In this document: positions 61,701-64,000 of the stretch, piece by piece
How positions within the stretch are numbered: the first letter of the stretch is position 1
Layout: each line of letters begins with the position of its first letter
DNA from: Acanthaster planci
Taxonomy: Eukaryota
Length of the DNA: 64,000 nt
Reading direction: 5' to 3'
Assembly: GCF_001949145.1 (NCBI RefSeq)
Contig: NW_019091362.1
Location: forward strand, 1,371,838-1,435,837
Position numbers and translations under genes: made by a program
Notes under the pieces: generated by a model
Database searches by the model: none
What the model was told of the DNA's origin: nothing
Seen by the model: only the letters and a program-made list of their open reading frames with translations

Positions 61701-64000
61701 GCCTTCCTCCACCAGAGTATTCAGCCTTGAGAGAGGAGTTGCAAAGTTTGGAAAACTGAGTTACTTGCACGATGCAAAGAAAATGCAAACTGATACTTGG
61801 AAAACAAGTAACTGAGCTAGTAGTGTATTGTTTACAAAGGATTTAGATTGGAGAAAAATGAACTATCCACGAAATAATTGCCAGAGGGTTTGGAGGGCCC
61901 CACAGAAGCATAGGGTCTAGGATATGTACATTTGTTTGCCTAGGGGCATCCCTTAAAATACCCATTTCTTGTGTTCTATGTCAACTTCACATATAAAAAG
62001 CACTGCAATGGAAAACCAGGATTTTCCCAATTTTGAAAGTGATTCTTTGAAAAATCCTGACAAAAAAATATTAAAAATCAAGAAAACTCCTGACAAATTT
62101 CACACTACCAGCCTTCAATCTAATCAGAAACTAATGTAATGGAAGCATGAATGACGAATTTTGCATGATTTGCTGTTTTGGCCCCACCTCTGTTGTACTG
62201 AACCTAAGCAACATTTCTAAAATTGCCAAGGAAGTAATATGAACATGTGACAGATACTTCAAAATTTTTGAAAAAGGCAAGCTTTTCCTTGCTTAGTACT
62301 GTGAGCTTTGTAAACTCAGAAATATAACTCAAATGTTACAACTAGAAAAACAATTTGACTTAAATGCGGAAGTAACAGTGAAATTCACACTTACCAAGTT
62401 CCCTTTAGGCAGCAAACTTTGTTCTTGTGCTCTGTTAGACAAAGCAACTGTAACTTCTTCTCACTGCAACCAAATTTTGAGCATTTTCCATTTTAGGATT
62501 AAAACACTGACATCCCTCCGTCTCAGTCTTTTAACTTTTTGCTAAATGTGACAACCACCGAACACATTTTTCGCCTGTGGTAATGTTTACTCTGTGAATG
62601 TTTCAAGATATCTCTTTGGGCAAGTTTGAAATGGTTATGTCTTCAAGTTGTCTTTACCTGCCGCCATCTTGGATGCCTGTAACCCTGTAACGGTTCAAGT
62701 CGGCCGGAAGAGGGGCCGTATTCTTCTGGGAAGTGCTTTTAAACGGTGATAGATGACTGAATTCTCTAGTGACCTGAGACTCAATGCTATCCAGTTTCTT
62801 CTCCTGTGTAACCAAAGCAACAAACGTCAATACATATTAAGAAAAAAAATCAAATTCATATATGGATTGATACCTCTAAAAAAAAAAATGGATTGACGCT
62901 TCTTTAAAAAATTAAAATCTGCAATATAAAATGTGCTATACACCTTAACCATTGCTTACTATCTTAAAGCTGATTGGTCGATATTTCACATTTGTAGTGT
63001 TAACAGAGTGATATTTTCTCCAAATCACACTATACGTCTTGTCATGCTTTCTTACTAATCTTCTGCATGTGTTTCTCTGCTGCACACGATAATGCTCATA
63101 TCCAAAATGTCCAAAAACAGTGAGCACCTTGACTCTTGTGTGTGCATGTTGTGAGAATTTGTGTTTTTAAGTAAATGCATCTTAATTCAACGCCTCATTC
63201 CCAGTTCATAACAGCAAAAACAAAATGTCTGCATACTATACAGTGGAAGGCATGGCCACACATTTTTCTGCGCACAAGTTTCCAGATGGATTTCAACTGA
63301 CCATACCTTGGCATTCACACCAGTCTCCATGTACTCCATATCCATGGCCGCAAGAAATGAGTCGTTGAGTTGGTCTTCCCATAATGCACCAGTGCCCTGA
63401 CTTGACAGGACATTCTCCTGTGATGACAACCAACCACTGTCCTGAACCACTGCAGGTGGATGCTGGTCCTTGTCTGAAATTTCACTCAAGTAAGGCTGAG
63501 CATTTGTTTCCCTTTGTGCGGGGGGCTCTGTAATTCCACCAACTCTCGAATCCTGCAATTTTTCTTGAACTCTCATGACACTTGGTGAGTTTCTCTCTTT
63601 CAAGATGGGGGATCCGGTCCCTGTGGGGTCAGACATGTTGGTTTTGTCGACCAGATTTGTTGGGCTAGTATCAGAGCTAGGGGAGGGTCCAGCTTTGGAA
63701 ACCTCACTATCCCCGGATAAAAAGTTTTCTTTTTCGTCTTGAAAAAGTGACTTTTTGGCTGTCATAACTGAGTGGGCTTTTCTGTCAACAAGGACCTCAG
63801 GGATCCTCTCAACATTTGGAGAGGACAAATTAATTTCCCCACAACATCTGTCCGTATCAGAATTGTGAACCTCATACACTGGGTGACTGGTTAACATCCG
63901 TTTTGCATAGGGGGAGTTCCCCTTACAAGGGGATCTCTTCCGAGTATTAAGCCGGGTTTTAAATGCTGCTGGTTTTGATTGACCACTGCTAGTTTTATGC
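40788..64000 (-). CDS. DNA2: DNA replication ATP-dependent helicase/nuclease DNA2 (5' end beyond the right edge)
   Basis: 27 phase-consistent exons: 63307->64000, 62658-62803, 62395-62463, 61564-61725 (VVHPD...HCMRR), 61011-61035, 60625-60687 ([11 protein letters not shown]), 60106-60191, 59644-59772, 58702-58825 ([18 protein letters not shown]), 58214-58312 (PLELKTG..SIEHRSQ), 57324-57447, 57001-57160 (Fe-[11 protein letters not shown]), 56363-56557, 55674-55787, 55115-55267, 54429-54548, 53738-53823, 52872-52973 and 52276-52391 (Walker A GMPGTGKT), 51622-51750, 50576-50769 ([13 protein letters not shown]), 49610-49823 (QYRMN), 49264-49350, 43202-43291, 42705-42875 (TVDKYQGRD), 41393-41539 ([11 protein letters not shown]), 40788-40847 (stop). 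Confidence 0.96.
40848..41392 (-). other. U12-type AT-AC terminal intron of DNA2
   Basis: Donor ATATCCTTTT; branch TTCCTTAAC (40858-40866) 10 nt before the terminal AC; the phase-0 join gives TANS|ISDLPVD...stop. Confidence 0.92.
44726..44885. mobile_element. 160-bp hairpin MITE
   Basis: About 50-bp TIRs AGGGAACCTTTCATAATTACAGAAGGCGGTATTTACTGCGGTACCGCTG / CAGCGGTACCGCAGTAAATACCGCCTTCAACAATTATGAAACGCTCCCT. Confidence 0.85.
45346..46095 (-). CDS. Secreted C-type lectin-like + PAN/apple-like protein (249 aa), single coding exon, nested in a DNA2 intron
   Basis: Hydrophobic signal peptide ([23 protein letters not shown]). CTLD signature CPQDW...SCY...WDRARAVC...[13 protein letters not shown]...WLG...C...W...C...FMCE. 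C-terminal LLGHAF...[16 protein letters not shown]...CQLN PAN-like motif. Probable 5'UTR intron 46173-46259; AATAAA at 45165-45170 (minus). Confidence 0.88.
   Translation of the reverse strand: MPVCFHLPTISVLFIMFAAAVSSLETRSNGCPQDWLRYNQSCYFMYANSLYDWDRARAVCQQQNGDLAVPNSQGENDFIWQVLNKAIIRSNPDRYIWLGCTYDRTGKGRVECYGRDQGNYTGLNPWNKLTHPGCLVLKYRIGVWDLYNCTDNKPFMCERNRCRTPLHCRTMSPLDFGRHIPPYCLLGHAFKETVIASPVQCCLACISDPLCNSFNLSGDLCQLNNVTASQVDTKKFFMPVEDCAYYEYE
47736..47850 (+). repeat. 42-bp tandem repeat (about 2.5 copies) plus degenerate end of the piggyBac-like family at 57647-58081
   Basis: Unit CCGAGTTCGGAGACCCCGGCCACGCATATAAACCATACGGCT; the same unit abuts the gap at 58031. Confidence 0.85.
50829..51018 (+). 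repeat. Perfect 2 x 95-bp tandem duplication (intronic)
   Basis: GTCAGTCACGGGTCAATCAG...CTCATATCTTCAG starts at 50829 and again at 50924. Confidence 0.9.
53066..53400 (+). pseudogene. Possible highly decayed LINE reverse-transcriptase fragment
   Basis: [48 protein letters not shown] resembles the K-S-x-G-x-D-x-I...IFN-x-x-L-x-x-G-x-F pre-RT region of CR1/L2-type LINEs. Confidence 0.35.
57647..58081. mobile_element. piggyBac-like non-autonomous element spanning an assembly gap
   Basis: TTAA|CCACTTCATGCCGGGG ... CCCTGGCAGGAAGTGG|TTAA (TTAA target duplication, 16-bp imperfect TIR). The subterminal 42-bp repeat lies next to gap 57835-58030. Confidence 0.7.
59352..59586. mobile_element. Tc1/mariner-like MITE
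   Basis: TIRs CACTACTCAAAAAAGTTAAGGACCACTTTTT / AAAAAGTGGTGCTTAACTTTTTTGGGGTAGTA; TA on the right flank. Confidence 0.65.

Overview
Eukaryotic (animal) genomic DNA: AT-rich, intron-rich, with five N-gaps. It is probably from a marine invertebrate such as an echinoderm; this is an inference from the repeat landscape and the lectin-PAN gene, and the species is not identified. I reconstructed three spliced genes by hand with consistent intron phases. (1) A catalytically intact phospholipase C of delta type on the minus strand: PH, EF-hand and X domains, running off the left edge, with several candidate alternative N-terminal exons. (2) A complete CNTD1/COSA-1 meiotic cyclin-like gene on the plus strand (7 coding exons, 310 aa), head-to-head with the PLC across a short promoter with a CTCF-like motif. 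(3) DNA2 nuclease/helicase on the minus strand (27 exons in the window, 5' end beyond the right edge). A secreted C-type lectin + PAN-like gene is nested in the same orientation inside a DNA2 intron. Three minor-spliceosome (U12) introns are visible: two GT-AG in the PLC and one AT-AC in DNA2. The introns carry a degenerate Ngaro/DIRS-like retrotransposon relic (tyrosine recombinase + SGNH-like), a foldback element wrapped around a tRNA-like core, a Helentron/HINE-like element, several MITEs and dispersed TACATG arrays. I see no clear evidence of a wholly new biological system; the findings are ranked leads. Most of the supplied ORF track is spurious intronic ORFs.
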